From NCBI GenBank assembly GCA_913009515.1, contig CAJVYO010000001.1, forward strand, positions 1 through 35,403: a stretch of DNA of 35,403 bases. The letters are read 5' to 3'. This document shows, in pieces, positions 8,609-18,235 of the stretch. The position numbers were made by a program, and so were the translations under genes. The notes under the pieces are model-generated. The model did not search any database and was not told the origin of the DNA. It worked only from the letters and a program-made list of their open reading frames with translations. Each line of letters opens with the position of its first letter. Position 1 is the first letter of the stretch. Origin of the DNA: an uncultured Methylococcaceae bacterium (GTDB lineage: Bacteria > Pseudomonadota > Gammaproteobacteria > Methylococcales > Methylomonadaceae).

Positions 8609-10921
8609 ATGCGCCCTTCGTTTGCTTCGCTGTTTTTCATTATTATCCTGCCGCTTTTGATCGGGCTTGCTTTTTTTACTGTGCAGTTTAAAACGGATAT
8701 GTCCGCCTTTTTAATCACAGGTGAGAATGCCGAAGAAATTTTATTAGCCAGTGAAATCCAATCAGGCACTTTATCCAGACGCTATATTTTATCCATTGAT
8801 GCAGGGCAGAATCAGGTGGTTGCTCCGCGTTTTATTGAAACATGGATAGCCAAAATCAAAACCATTCCAGAGGTTAATAGTCTCTGGCGCGCCAATGAAC
8901 AAAAAAATACGCTCAAGAGTTTATCCACACTGTACACAAAACACGCCACACAGCTTTACAGCCGCGAGCCTGAAAAAACATTAGCGCAGATATTTACTCA
9001 AAGCGCACTTTCTCAAAGAGCGGAAGCACTTAAACAAGCGCTGCTTTCGCCTCAAGCCTCTGTTATCAAAAAAATTGCCGTTCAAGACCCTTTATTACTG
9101 TCTTTAAATGGTTTTAAATCCTTTGCCGATCAATTCAAAAAAACAGCGTTGCAACAAACAGGGCAGTACGCTAATTTTATTTTAGTCACCGACCCTTCGG
9201 GCATGGACATTGAAAAACAGCGGATTATTCAAGCTGAAATCAAACGCTACTTTAGTGAAAACACTAAAAACTTAGCCTATACATTAGAGATGACTGGCGT
9301 ACCTATTTTTGCCGCTGCCACCCAAACAATGATTCAAACGGATATTCAGCAAGTCAGCCTGTTATCGACCATTGCTCTAATTCTGTTGTTTTTAGTACTG
9401 TTCCGCTCCTTTAAAGTGTTATTTTGGGTATCCAGCCTATTACTCTTTGTTATTTCAGTGGCGCTATTAACCACACAATTAATCTTTGGCTCTGTACACG
9501 GCATGACCATTGCCATTGGCTCTACTTTAATTGGCATTTGTATTGATTACCCGATTCATGCCATCGTACACGCTCAAGGCTCCGAGCCGCAACACCGTTT
9601 ACAATCGATAAAAACTATTTTTCCAAGTCTTGCGATGGGCGCGCTAACAACGCTTATTGGTTATATCGCTTTAGGTATTTCAGGCTATCCTGGATTCCAA
9701 CAAGTGGCTATTTATGCCAGCACAGGTATTATCAGTTCCTTATTATTAACCCGTTATTTATTCCCTTATTTAATAACAGGCAAAGTGAAAAAAGTTAATA
9801 CCTTTAAGTTCATTATTATTTGGTCTAAATTTTGCCAAAGCTTCCGACCGTATCTAGTCGCTGTAGTGATTCTTCTGTCTGCCTTTAGTGTTATAAAACT
9901 GGATAATTTACAATGGATGCAAGATTTACAGCAACTGACTCCCGAATTAGATTACTTAAAGCTTAATGATAAAAAAATTCGTGAACGCTTAGTAAGTATG
10001 GAGCCAGGACGATTTATCCTCGTCAGCGGAAAAACCCCCGAACTCGCCTTACAATATTCTGAGCAACTTTATCCGCTGTTAGAACACTTAAAACAAAGTA
10101 AAGCACTCGATGATTATTTTGGCCTGTATCCTTGGATACTTTCACAACAGCAGCAACAAAAAAACCAAGCGTTCTTAGCGAAATCACTGACAACAGAACA
10201 TCAAATACATTGGCAAGCCGCTTTAAAACAGCAGAAATTATCGGTTAAACGCTTAGGCGATTTGGACAGATATAGCCATTCAGTGAAGACTTTAACACCA
10301 CAAGAAATATTAAGCTCTCCGATTGCACCTCTAATTAATAACCAACTCATTATTAATGCACAACAAACCTTACTGATTATTTGGCTGGGTAAACATAACC
10401 CCGAAGCCTTAAAACTTGCTCTAAAAGATAGAGAGCATATCCAATATTTTAGCCAACGGGATTTACTTAACCGCATGGCAATTGATTATCAAAATCAGGC
10501 CGAAATAACCTTACTCTCTGGCTTAGCTCTTATTTTGTGTTTACTAAGCTGGCGTTATAAAAGTATTCTATTAGCGATAAAAACACTGTCTCCTGCGGTT
10601 ATTTCAGCCTTATTGATTTTAGCCTTATGGGCTTCGACAGGGGAAGCTATCAGCTTTTTACACTTAGTAGGATTTTTATTAGCCGTTGCTATTTGTGTCG
10701 ATTATGGTATTTTTTATCAAGAAAACCGCAGCGGAAATATCAGCCTAACCTATCAAGCGATGGCGGCTTCCATGTTAACTAGCGCATTGGTGTTCGGCTG
10801 TTTATTAATTGCCCAAACTTCGACCTTACAAACACTCGCCAAAGTGGTTACTTTGGGTATTATTTTAGGGTTTTTATTATGCCCCATCTTAATTAAGCCG
10901 CGTCCATTCATAAAGCCATAA
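8609..10921 (+). CDS. MMPL/RND-family exporter (aryl-polyene/xanthomonadin type)
   Basis: 770 aa with two TM bundles; LIGICIDYPIH and AICVDYGIF GxxxD motifs; QDPLLL. Confidence 0.85.
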   Translation: MRPSFASLFFIIILPLLIGLAFFTVQFKTDMSAFLITGENAEEILLASEIQSGTLSRRYILSIDAGQNQVVAPRFIETWIAKIKTIPEVNSLWRANEQKNTLKSLSTLYTKHATQLYSREPEKTLAQIFTQSALSQRAEALKQALLSPQASVIKKIAVQDPLLLSLNGFKSFADQFKKTALQQTGQYANFILVTDPSGMDIEKQRIIQAEIKRYFSENTKNLAYTLEMTGVPIFAAATQTMIQTDIQQVSLLSTIALILLFLVLFRSFKVLFWVSSLLLFVISVALLTTQLIFGSVHGMTIAIGSTLIGICIDYPIHAIVHAQGSEPQHRLQSIKTIFPSLAMGALTTLIGYIALGISGYPGFQQVAIYASTGIISSLLLTRYLFPYLITGKVKKVNTFKFIIIWSKFCQSFRPYLVAVVILLSAFSVIKLDNLQWMQDLQQLTPELDYLKLNDKKIRERLVSMEPGRFILVSGKTPELALQYSEQLYPLLEHLKQSKALDDYFGLYPWILSQQQQQKNQAFLAKSLTTEHQIHWQAALKQQKLSVKRLGDLDRYSHSVKTLTPQEILSSPIAPLINNQLIINAQQTLLIIWLGKHNPEALKLALKDREHIQYFSQRDLLNRMAIDYQNQAEITLLSGLALILCLLSWRYKSILLAIKTLSPAVISALLILALWASTGEAISFLHLVGFLLAVAICVDYGIFYQENRSGNISLTYQAMAASMLTSALVFGCLLIAQTSTLQTLAKVVTLGIILGFLLCPILIKPRPFIKP

Positions 10922-10938
10922 GACATTATATTAATATT

Positions 10939-12147
10939 ATGCCCAAAAAATCTGCTTTAACCACGCCTGTCGCCATTACTGCGATGTCCTCTCTCAGTGT
11001 CTGTGGGCTAGGAAATCAGGCTTTATACCAATCCCTGATTAAACATGAAACGGAACTCGCGCCTTTAGAATTATTTAACGTACCTTTTAAAAATTATGTC
11101 GGTGAAATTAAAACACCGTTAATATCGATTAAGCAGGCACTTAATGACTATGCCAGCCGAAATTCACAAGTCGCCTTAACCGCACTCAATTGCCCAGAAG
11201 GAAAGGTAAGAGAACAACTGGAAGCAGCAAAAATAAAATACGGCACACAGCGTATTGGAATTATTATTGGCACTAGTACTTCAGGTTTATATGAAACGGA
11301 ATCCGCTTATGCTTCTTTATTGCAACACGATAAAATGCCGCAGGATTTTGACTTTGTTAAGCAACACGCCTACCAAGCCACTGCTCGATTTTTACAATTA
11401 GAACTCGGATTACAAGGCATCTGTTTTGCTATTTCAACCGCCTGTTCATCAGGGGCTAAAGCTATTGCCGCAGGCCAAAAACTGATTAACAATGACCTGT
11501 GTGATGCGGTACTCGTGGGTGGGGTTGATACCTTATGCCGACTCACGCTTAGAGGGTTTAATAGTTTAGAATTAGTCTCTGATAAACCGTGTCGCCCAAT
11601 GGATAAAGATAGAAACGGTATTAGCATTGGCGAAGCGGCGGGCTTACTGCTGTTAGAAAAATGTCATGCCAATAATGAAAGTAATCTTAAAATTTTAGCG
11701 GTGGGTGAATCCTCTGATGCGTATCACATGAGTACCCCGCATCCTAAAGGCGAAGGGGCGCAATTAGCCATGCAAAATGCTTTACACGCGGCAGGATTAA
11801 AATCGTCTGATATAGATTATTTAAATTTACACGCGACCGCCACCAAAATAAACGACCAAGTAGAAAGTACTGCCGTGGAAACGGTTTTTTCAGACAGCGT
11901 GGCTTGCAGTGGCACTAAAGGTATCACGGGACATACACTGGGAGCAGCAGGCGCGTTAGAAACCATTATTGCCAGCCTCAGTTTACAACAGCAATTTATC
12001 TCTGGCACCGTTGGCTTACAAGAAACCAATTCAGACTGCCACTGTCAGGTGATTAAAACCCCTCAATTTAACCAGCCCCTCACGATTGCCATGAGTAATT
12101 CCTTTGGTTTTGGTGGTAATAATGCAAGCGTCATCATAGGCCTATGA
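10939..12147 (+). CDS. Beta-ketoacyl-ACP synthase (type II PKS KS)
   Basis: STACSSG (Cys), NLHATAT (His), GHTLGAAG (His) and SNSFGFGGNNAS motifs. Confidence 0.92.
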   Translation: MPKKSALTTPVAITAMSSLSVCGLGNQALYQSLIKHETELAPLELFNVPFKNYVGEIKTPLISIKQALNDYASRNSQVALTALNCPEGKVREQLEAAKIKYGTQRIGIIIGTSTSGLYETESAYASLLQHDKMPQDFDFVKQHAYQATARFLQLELGLQGICFAISTACSSGAKAIAAGQKLINNDLCDAVLVGGVDTLCRLTLRGFNSLELVSDKPCRPMDKDRNGISIGEAAGLLLLEKCHANNESNLKILAVGESSDAYHMSTPHPKGEGAQLAMQNALHAAGLKSSDIDYLNLHATATKINDQVESTAVETVFSDSVACSGTKGITGHTLGAAGALETIIASLSLQQQFISGTVGLQETNSDCHCQVIKTPQFNQPLTIAMSNSFGFGGNNASVIIGL

Positions 12148-12899
12148 TTCATAATTCTCTGTTTATAAAATCTTTTGCGCTTTGTTGCTCTGATACCGAG
12201 TTATTAAGCGCCTTTAATCTGCTAAGTCATGAAGTCGATAAAACACTGTTGCCCGCCGCAATGCGCAGACGCACCAGTTTAAGCACTAAAATGGCGATTA
12301 CGGCGGCGACCTTAGCCTGCGAACAAGCCAAGGTCGAAACAAAGTCACTGCCTTCTGTTTTTGCTTCTTTAGGCGGTGAAATACAAGTGACCGATGCCTT
12401 ATGTCGATTATTACCGGATGATAATGAGCTGCTTTCTCCCACTCAATTTCATAATTCAGTACATAACACCACGGCGGGCTATTGGAGTATTTTAAATCAA
12501 TGCCAAGCACCGACTACAGCGATTGCGGCGGCGGATGATACTTTTGCAATGGGGCTGATTGAAGCGTGGTCGCAACTACAACAGTCTGAGCAAACAGAAC
12601 AATTATTAGTCTGTTATGATGAAATATGGCCACAATATTTAGCCGCTCCCATTGGTAAAATTCCTTTTGCCTGTGCCTTGGTGTTAAGCACTCAAGCCGA
12701 AGGAAGTATTGCTAATATTAGCTTACCTAAACTATCAGAATCCGTTAATAAAGACAGACTCAATCCAGAGTGGGTAAATTTAGCCGCGTCCGCCCCCGCG
12801 GCGAATGTTATTCCTTTGCTGATGGCCTTGCACACTAAAAGTAATCACCCCATCCCTTTAAATAGTGGGATACCGACTTGGATAACGGCTCTTTTATGA
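12144..12899 (+). CDS. Ketosynthase chain-length factor (CLF, aryl-polyene type)
   Basis: MRRRTS and LSPTQFHNSVHN motifs. Lacks the KS catalytic motifs. ATGA overlap with the KS gene. Confidence 0.85.
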   Translation: MIHNSLFIKSFALCCSDTELLSAFNLLSHEVDKTLLPAAMRRRTSLSTKMAITAATLACEQAKVETKSLPSVFASLGGEIQVTDALCRLLPDDNELLSPTQFHNSVHNTTAGYWSILNQCQAPTTAIAAADDTFAMGLIEAWSQLQQSEQTEQLLVCYDEIWPQYLAAPIGKIPFACALVLSTQAEGSIANISLPKLSESVNKDRLNPEWVNLAASAPAANVIPLLMALHTKSNHPIPLNSGIPTWITALL

Positions 12900-14083
12900 A
12901 ACATAAATCCTATGATGTCATTATTGCAGGGGCTGGTCCTGCTGGCAGTACAGCGGCAACTTTATTGGCTCAATATGGACATAGCGTCTTATTAATTGAA
13001 AAATCTGAACACCCTCGATTTCATATCGGTGAATCGATGTTACCGATGGCAGAACCTGTCATGAAACGTTTAGGCATTGATTGGCAAGCAGGCAATTTAA
13101 AAAAAGGCGGTGCTGAATTTATCGATGAAACTTCTGGAAGAGCCACTTACTTTCCTTTTCAAGGAAAATACCGTACCTTTCAAGTGGAACGCTCTGTTTT
13201 TGATCAACGACTGTTTAATAATGCCGTTGCTCAAGGAGTGATTGCCCATGAAAATGAAACCATTACACAGGTTGATTGTCATCGTGAACAAGTGGATATT
13301 CAAACCGATAAACAAAGCTATCAAGCCCGTTATTTTATTGATGCCACAGGCCGCGATGCGCTTATGGGTAAAAAACTCAACAGCATCCAGAAAATTAACA
13401 ACCTCGGGCAATATGCCCTATATAAACACTATCGATTAAATCATTCGCCAGAGGCACAGGCATTATTCAGTCACGGTAATATCAAAATTTTTCTATCCCA
13501 AATTGGCTGGATTTGGTGTATCCCCTTAACTGATAATCGTTTAAGCGTTGGCTTAGTGGTGCAAAAACAAGAGGCTACCCCGTTAAAAAAAGAGGCTTTA
13601 TATGAGCAATATATACAGGCATCGCCTTATATGAAACGTTTATTGGAAAAGGCTGAGGTATTATCTGAGATACGCATTGAAGCCGACTTTAGTTATCAAA
13701 ATCAACAGCGTTATGGACAGCGTTTTGCTTGTTGTGGCGATGCATCAGGTTTTTTAGACCCTGTTTTCTCATCAGGTTTTTTATTTGCAGTCAAAACAGC
13801 GGAATTTGTCGCAGACACCCTGCATACACATTTATTAGCAGGTACTGAAGCCGATAGCGAATTGCAGAAAATAAATGATGCCTTTTATCAAAAAGGTTTT
13901 AAAACCATGCACTTATTAATAGAGCGTTTTTACGGCTCTAATTTAGTTGAAAATTTATTTTTTGAGTCGGACAGACAACTCAAAATAAAACAGGAAATTG
14001 TCGCGCTGTTAGCAGGCGATTTATGGCAGGAAGGCAATGGCTTCCAACAAGGATTGCTGAGTGGTAGAAGTAAAAATACTTAA
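12896..14083 (+). CDS. Flavin-dependent halogenase 1
   Basis: GAGPAG, HPRFHIGESMLP, candidate catalytic Lys in LKKGGA, WIWCIP (WxWxIP) and GDASGFLDPVFSSG. ATGA overlap with the CLF gene. Confidence 0.8.
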   Translation: MKHKSYDVIIAGAGPAGSTAATLLAQYGHSVLLIEKSEHPRFHIGESMLPMAEPVMKRLGIDWQAGNLKKGGAEFIDETSGRATYFPFQGKYRTFQVERSVFDQRLFNNAVAQGVIAHENETITQVDCHREQVDIQTDKQSYQARYFIDATGRDALMGKKLNSIQKINNLGQYALYKHYRLNHSPEAQALFSHGNIKIFLSQIGWIWCIPLTDNRLSVGLVVQKQEATPLKKEALYEQYIQASPYMKRLLEKAEVLSEIRIEADFSYQNQQRYGQRFACCGDASGFLDPVFSSGFLFAVKTAEFVADTLHTHLLAGTEADSELQKINDAFYQKGFKTMHLLIERFYGSNLVENLFFESDRQLKIKQEIVALLAGDLWQEGNGFQQGLLSGRSKNT

Positions 14084-14102
14084 CTTTAAAAAGGAAACTC
14101 AA

Positions 14103-14669
14103 ATGAAATTATTCAAATTAACACTTATTTTTTTAACCCTCCTTATCATCAGTGCGTGTTCAAGCAATAAGACTCAAATTCATAATGACATTACTCAAGA
14201 TAATATCATTACATCTGCATCCAATGGTGCTACATTATCAATTAAACCAGTTATTTATACAAAAAATTTAGAACTCAGGGATACAGTAAAAAAAGAATGT
14301 CAGTTACTCACGAAATTGCCTACTTTTATAAAAAATTATGCTGCAAAACAGTATGGCACTATAAATCTAGAGTCTAAAAACAGCAAGTCAGGAGATTTTT
14401 TAGTCTTAGAAATTTCAGGTATTTCTAATGCTAAAAAGAATATTTGGACAGGACAAGGTGTGGGTCAATGGGTTACTGTCAAAGGAACTTTATTAAGAAA
14501 TGGAAAAAATATAGCCTCATTTAAAGCTAATAGAGCCACTACAGGAGGATTTATGGGGGGATACAAAGGAACGTGTGCCTTATTAGGTCGCTGTACAAAA
14601 ACATTAGGTAAAGATATTGCAGCTTGGCTTAAAAAACCAGTCAATAATGCACAGTTAGGCGACTTATAA
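14103..14669 (+). CDS. Conserved hypothetical lipoprotein
   Basis: AAGGA RBS before ATG 14103, lipobox IISAC, and C-terminal GGFMGGYKGTC..LGRC..LGKDIAAWL. Confidence 0.7.
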   Translation: MKLFKLTLIFLTLLIISACSSNKTQIHNDITQDNIITSASNGATLSIKPVIYTKNLELRDTVKKECQLLTKLPTFIKNYAAKQYGTINLESKNSKSGDFLVLEISGISNAKKNIWTGQGVGQWVTVKGTLLRNGKNIASFKANRATTGGFMGGYKGTCALLGRCTKTLGKDIAAWLKKPVNNAQLGDL

Positions 14670-14687
14670 AGTTACTCAATATAATAA

Positions 14688-14726
14688 GCCAATTTAGATA
14701 TAAGTTTTTATTTAGGTTGGCATTTT
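14688..14726 (+). terminator. Possible hairpin terminator after the lipoprotein gene
   Basis: GCCAATTTAGATA...TATTTAGGTTGGC stem with G-U pairs, followed by ATTTT. Confidence 0.35.
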
Positions 14727-14740
14727 AAAAAACTATATCA

Positions 14741-16072
14741 ATGACTCTCCCTTGTACAGAAAACATCCCATCAAAATGTACCGTCTTAATTATAGGCGGT
14801 GGTCCTGCAGGCAGTAGCTCGGCAACCCATCTTGTGAAAGCCGGTATTGATGTAGTTTTATTAGAACGCAGCAAATTTCCTCGAAATCAAGTGGGAGAAA
14901 GTTTGATTCCCCATTTTTGGAAGTTCGCTGACCAACTGGGGGTTTCTGAAAAAATAGAGCAAGAGGGCTTTATTAAAAAATCGGGAGCCATTACCGCTTG
15001 GGATAATAAAATACATCAGACCGATTTTTCTAAATACGGTTATACCCGTCCAGGCTTACAAGTTGAACGGGATATTTTTGATAACTTATTACTAGACCAT
15101 TCCAAAAGCCAAGGCGCACAAGTCTTTAATCAAGTGGTTGTTAAAGATATTAACCTTGCTTCTGTCAATCCTGTTATACGCTATATAGACACAAGAAAAG
15201 AGGAAAACAGAGAAGGCACGATACAGTGCCGTTTTGTGATTGATGCCAGTGGTCATAGTGCCATGATTGCGAATCAATTAGGCACTAAAAATATTATTAG
15301 CACGGAATTAAATTTCTTATCTTTATGGGGCTATTTTAAACATTCTCGCTATATAGGCTGTGACCGTAAAAGTCATGATGCCTCCGAACTTAATTCTGTC
15401 GCGCCTGTCACCTTTGTCAGTTCCCATAAAGATGGCTGGCTGTGGCATATTATATTGCGCGAGAAAACCAGCGTGGGCTTGATTGTGCATACCGATAGAT
15501 TATCAGGCATGAATAAACAACAGCGAGAAAGCTATTTTAAACAAACCTGTGCTGAACTTCCCTATGTGAAAGACTTATTAAAAAACGCCAGTTTTATGGA
15601 AAATTCATTAAACTATCGCCCTGATTATTCTTACTACACCACTCAATCCTGTGGTGAAAATTATTATTGTATTGGCGATGCGGCTGGGTTTGTAGACCCT
15701 GTTTTTTCTCATGGTGTACAAAATAGTTTTTACAATGCCGCCGTCACTTGTTTAGCCATTACCGAATCCTTAAAAACGCCACAGAAACAAGCCCGTTATG
15801 CCCAGCTTTGTGAAAATAGAATGCAACAATTTTATGGATTTTCCAGAGCTTTATCGTTAGGGGATTTTGGCTGTAATGGCGTCAATAATCAACTGGTGGT
15901 TTCATTAATGAAAGCCTTGCCGCCTTTAGAACTAGAACTTATTTTAATCGCCTCAGAAATGACCAACCGCTCGGATAATTTCAAAAAAATAGCCCAACAA
16001 GCAGGAGTATGGGATAGAATATCCGCGAACTTAAAAGATCAATCGTTAGGTCTGGTTCATTCTTTATACTAA
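14741..16072 (+). CDS. Flavin-dependent halogenase 2
   Basis: GGGPAG, FPRNQVGESLIP, GFIKKSGA, WLWHII (WxWxI) and GDAAGFVDPVFSHG. Confidence 0.8.
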   Translation: MTLPCTENIPSKCTVLIIGGGPAGSSSATHLVKAGIDVVLLERSKFPRNQVGESLIPHFWKFADQLGVSEKIEQEGFIKKSGAITAWDNKIHQTDFSKYGYTRPGLQVERDIFDNLLLDHSKSQGAQVFNQVVVKDINLASVNPVIRYIDTRKEENREGTIQCRFVIDASGHSAMIANQLGTKNIISTELNFLSLWGYFKHSRYIGCDRKSHDASELNSVAPVTFVSSHKDGWLWHIILREKTSVGLIVHTDRLSGMNKQQRESYFKQTCAELPYVKDLLKNASFMENSLNYRPDYSYYTTQSCGENYYCIGDAAGFVDPVFSHGVQNSFYNAAVTCLAITESLKTPQKQARYAQLCENRMQQFYGFSRALSLGDFGCNGVNNQLVVSLMKALPPLELELILIASEMTNRSDNFKKIAQQAGVWDRISANLKDQSLGLVHSLY

Positions 16073-16185
16073 ATCACAATCTAATGCTACGCATGCATTC
16101 AAATAAAATACAAGCTATAATCATTTTAAAAAATATAACTCATTAATCTTTATCAATTGATACGTAACATTAATCGATTAATACC

Positions 16186-16494
16186 TTATTTTCCTCGAAC
16201 TGTTACTTTATAGTTATTAACAATCCCTAAAATAGTATCATAATGCCAATCAACACTCGTTACTACACTAATACCACCATTCTTTTTAGCAGCTTCAATA
16301 CTACAATCGCCTTTAGCTACCATTGATAAATAACTAATACAGCTTGCTTCACCTGTTTTTGTTGCTGAAGAATTTACCGATGTTGCTATAACAGGTAAAT
16401 TAACATCGGTAATAATTGCTCCTATTGGAACCATACTTCCACATCCAGATAATAAAGTAACTGTCGCAGCACTTAGCATTAATTTTTTAAGCAT
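16186..16494 (-). CDS. TRL-like family lipoprotein
   Basis: Lipobox LLSGC and the KTGEASC.SYL..VA.GDCSIEAAKKNGGI..V..VD pattern. Confidence 0.75.
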   Translation of the reverse strand: MLKKLMLSAATVTLLSGCGSMVPIGAIITDVNLPVIATSVNSSATKTGEASCISYLSMVAKGDCSIEAAKKNGGISVVTSVDWHYDTILGIVNNYKVTVRGK

Positions 16495-16573
16495 TCTTAT
16501 ATCCCTAAATAGTTTAAAAACAAAATATACGTGATATTCACGAGTAAAAATTATAACATACTCAAATATAATT

Positions 16574-18103
16574 CTAAGCTGATAAATGCCTCACCCTCAA
16601 TCCAGAAAATAGCAACACCACCCCATACAAACTGCCTGCAATCGCTATCCACATTGCTAAATATAAAGCACGGTCAATTAATCCCCACACTAGCCATTGT
16701 TGTGTATCCACACAATGATAAATCAAGGCGACCATTGCTGAAGCGGCTAAGATAATTCGTAATAAAAATACTCGCCAACCTTTGCTTGGCTGATAGATGC
16801 CGGTTTTTAATAATGCTGCTAACAACAAACTGGCATTAAAAAATGCACCCAGTGAAGTGGCTAACGCTAATCCGGCATGAGCTAACGGAAAAACTAAGGC
16901 GATATTCAACATCATATTGGCAACCATCGCATAAATACCAAATCGCACCGGTGTTTTCATATCTTTACGCGAAGAAAAAGCAGGCACTAATACTTTGACT
17001 AAAATAAAACCTAGCAAGCCTAATGAATAAGCTTTTAAGCTTTTCCCCGCCATCATTACATCATGTTCGGTAAATTCATTGTATTGAAATAAGGTTGAAA
17101 CCATCGGTTCTGCCAACATAAATAAACCCAATGAAGCGGGCAATCCAATCAAAATAACCAGCTTCAAGCCCCAATCTAATGATTTGGAAAACGCCTGCAT
17201 ATCATCTGCCGCATGATTTTTAGATAAGCTTGGTAAAATTACCGTTGCTAAGGCAATACCGAATAAACCCAACGGAAATTCAACCAATCTATCCGAATAA
17301 TAGAGCCATGACACACTGCCTGTCGCTAAAAATGATGCAATGAGTGTATCTAATAATAAATTAATTTGCGTAATCGATACCCCAAATAAAGCGGGTACCA
17401 TTAATTTCAAAATACGTTTGACCCCAGCATCTTTAAAACCAAACTGTAATCGCGGCAATAAACCTAAACGATATAAGGCAGGAAATTGAAATAATAATTG
17501 CACCGCTCCTGCTATAAAAACGCCCCATGCCAATGCGACAATAGGATCAGGCATTAAAGGTGCCAACCAAATCGCAGCCGCAATTAAACATATATTTAAA
17601 AACACCGGCGTAAAAGCAGGTACTGCGAATTTACCAAATGAATTAAGAATACCACCGGCAAAGGCCACTGAAGAAATAAAAAATAAATAAGGAAAAGTAA
17701 TGCGTAACATTTGCACGGCTAAATCATACTGTTCACCCTGCCATGAAAATCCTGGTGCAAACACCATAATTAAATAGGGTGCCGCTAACATGCCTGCAAT
17801 GGTGGTGAACATTAAAATAATCGCCAAGGTGCCTGCGGTGCGATTAACAAATTGCTTAAGAGCCTCTTGACCACCCTGCTCTTTATAATCAGATAACACA
17901 GGTACAAACGCTTGTGCAAATGCCCCTTCTGCAAATAAACGTCGTAAAAAATTAGGAATTTTAAAGGCAACAAAAAACGCATCACTACTCGAATCCGCGC
18001 CAAAAATACGAGCAAATAACATATCGCGTATAAAGCCTAAAATACGTGAAATCATCGTCATACTACTGACGATTGCAGTAGATTTAAAAAGTTTACGGCT
18101 CAA
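16574..18103 (-). CDS. murJ: Lipid II flippase MurJ (MviN)
   Basis: SRILGFIRD, PNFLRRLFAEGAF and DRLVEFPLG motifs. Divergent from rpsT. Confidence 0.97.
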   Translation of the reverse strand: MSRKLFKSTAIVSSMTMISRILGFIRDMLFARIFGADSSSDAFFVAFKIPNFLRRLFAEGAFAQAFVPVLSDYKEQGGQEALKQFVNRTAGTLAIILMFTTIAGMLAAPYLIMVFAPGFSWQGEQYDLAVQMLRITFPYLFFISSVAFAGGILNSFGKFAVPAFTPVFLNICLIAAAIWLAPLMPDPIVALAWGVFIAGAVQLLFQFPALYRLGLLPRLQFGFKDAGVKRILKLMVPALFGVSITQINLLLDTLIASFLATGSVSWLYYSDRLVEFPLGLFGIALATVILPSLSKNHAADDMQAFSKSLDWGLKLVILIGLPASLGLFMLAEPMVSTLFQYNEFTEHDVMMAGKSLKAYSLGLLGFILVKVLVPAFSSRKDMKTPVRFGIYAMVANMMLNIALVFPLAHAGLALATSLGAFFNASLLLAALLKTGIYQPSKGWRVFLLRIILAASAMVALIYHCVDTQQWLVWGLIDRALYLAMWIAIAGSLYGVVLLFSGLRVRHLSA

Positions 18104-18171
18104 GTGAAAAATTCCCTAAAATATCGAAAAAATTAAGGCACTTATCTGCACCTTACTTCAAATAATAATGA

Positions 18172-18200
18172 TTGACAATCATACCATTTAAACGGAAAAT
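18172..18200 (+). promoter_or_regulatory. Putative sigma70 promoter of rpsT
   Basis: TTGACA (18172-18177), 17-bp spacer, GAAAAT (18195-18200), then a GC-rich discriminator GACGGGC. Confidence 0.5.
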
Positions 18201-18235
18201 GACGGGCTATTAAAAATTTTTAAATCCGAGGCATT

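Noticed and set aside
4462-14083. Calling this an ordinary aryl-polyene or xanthomonadin cluster
   Set aside because: No aryl-acid ligase, chorismate/ammonia lyase, KR or DH is present in the window, and a pyrrole module adjoins instead.
5372-14102. ORF-track starts at 5372, 7917, 12878 and 14061
   Set aside because: Downstream ATGs (5423/5429, 7962, 12896, 14103) fit the RBS, signal peptides or stop-start coupling better.
16151-16182. Perfect palindromes TATCAATTGATA and ATTAATCGATTAAT
   Set aside because: They are AT-rich and lie between convergent 3' ends, so an operator role is unlikely; at most they contribute to termination.
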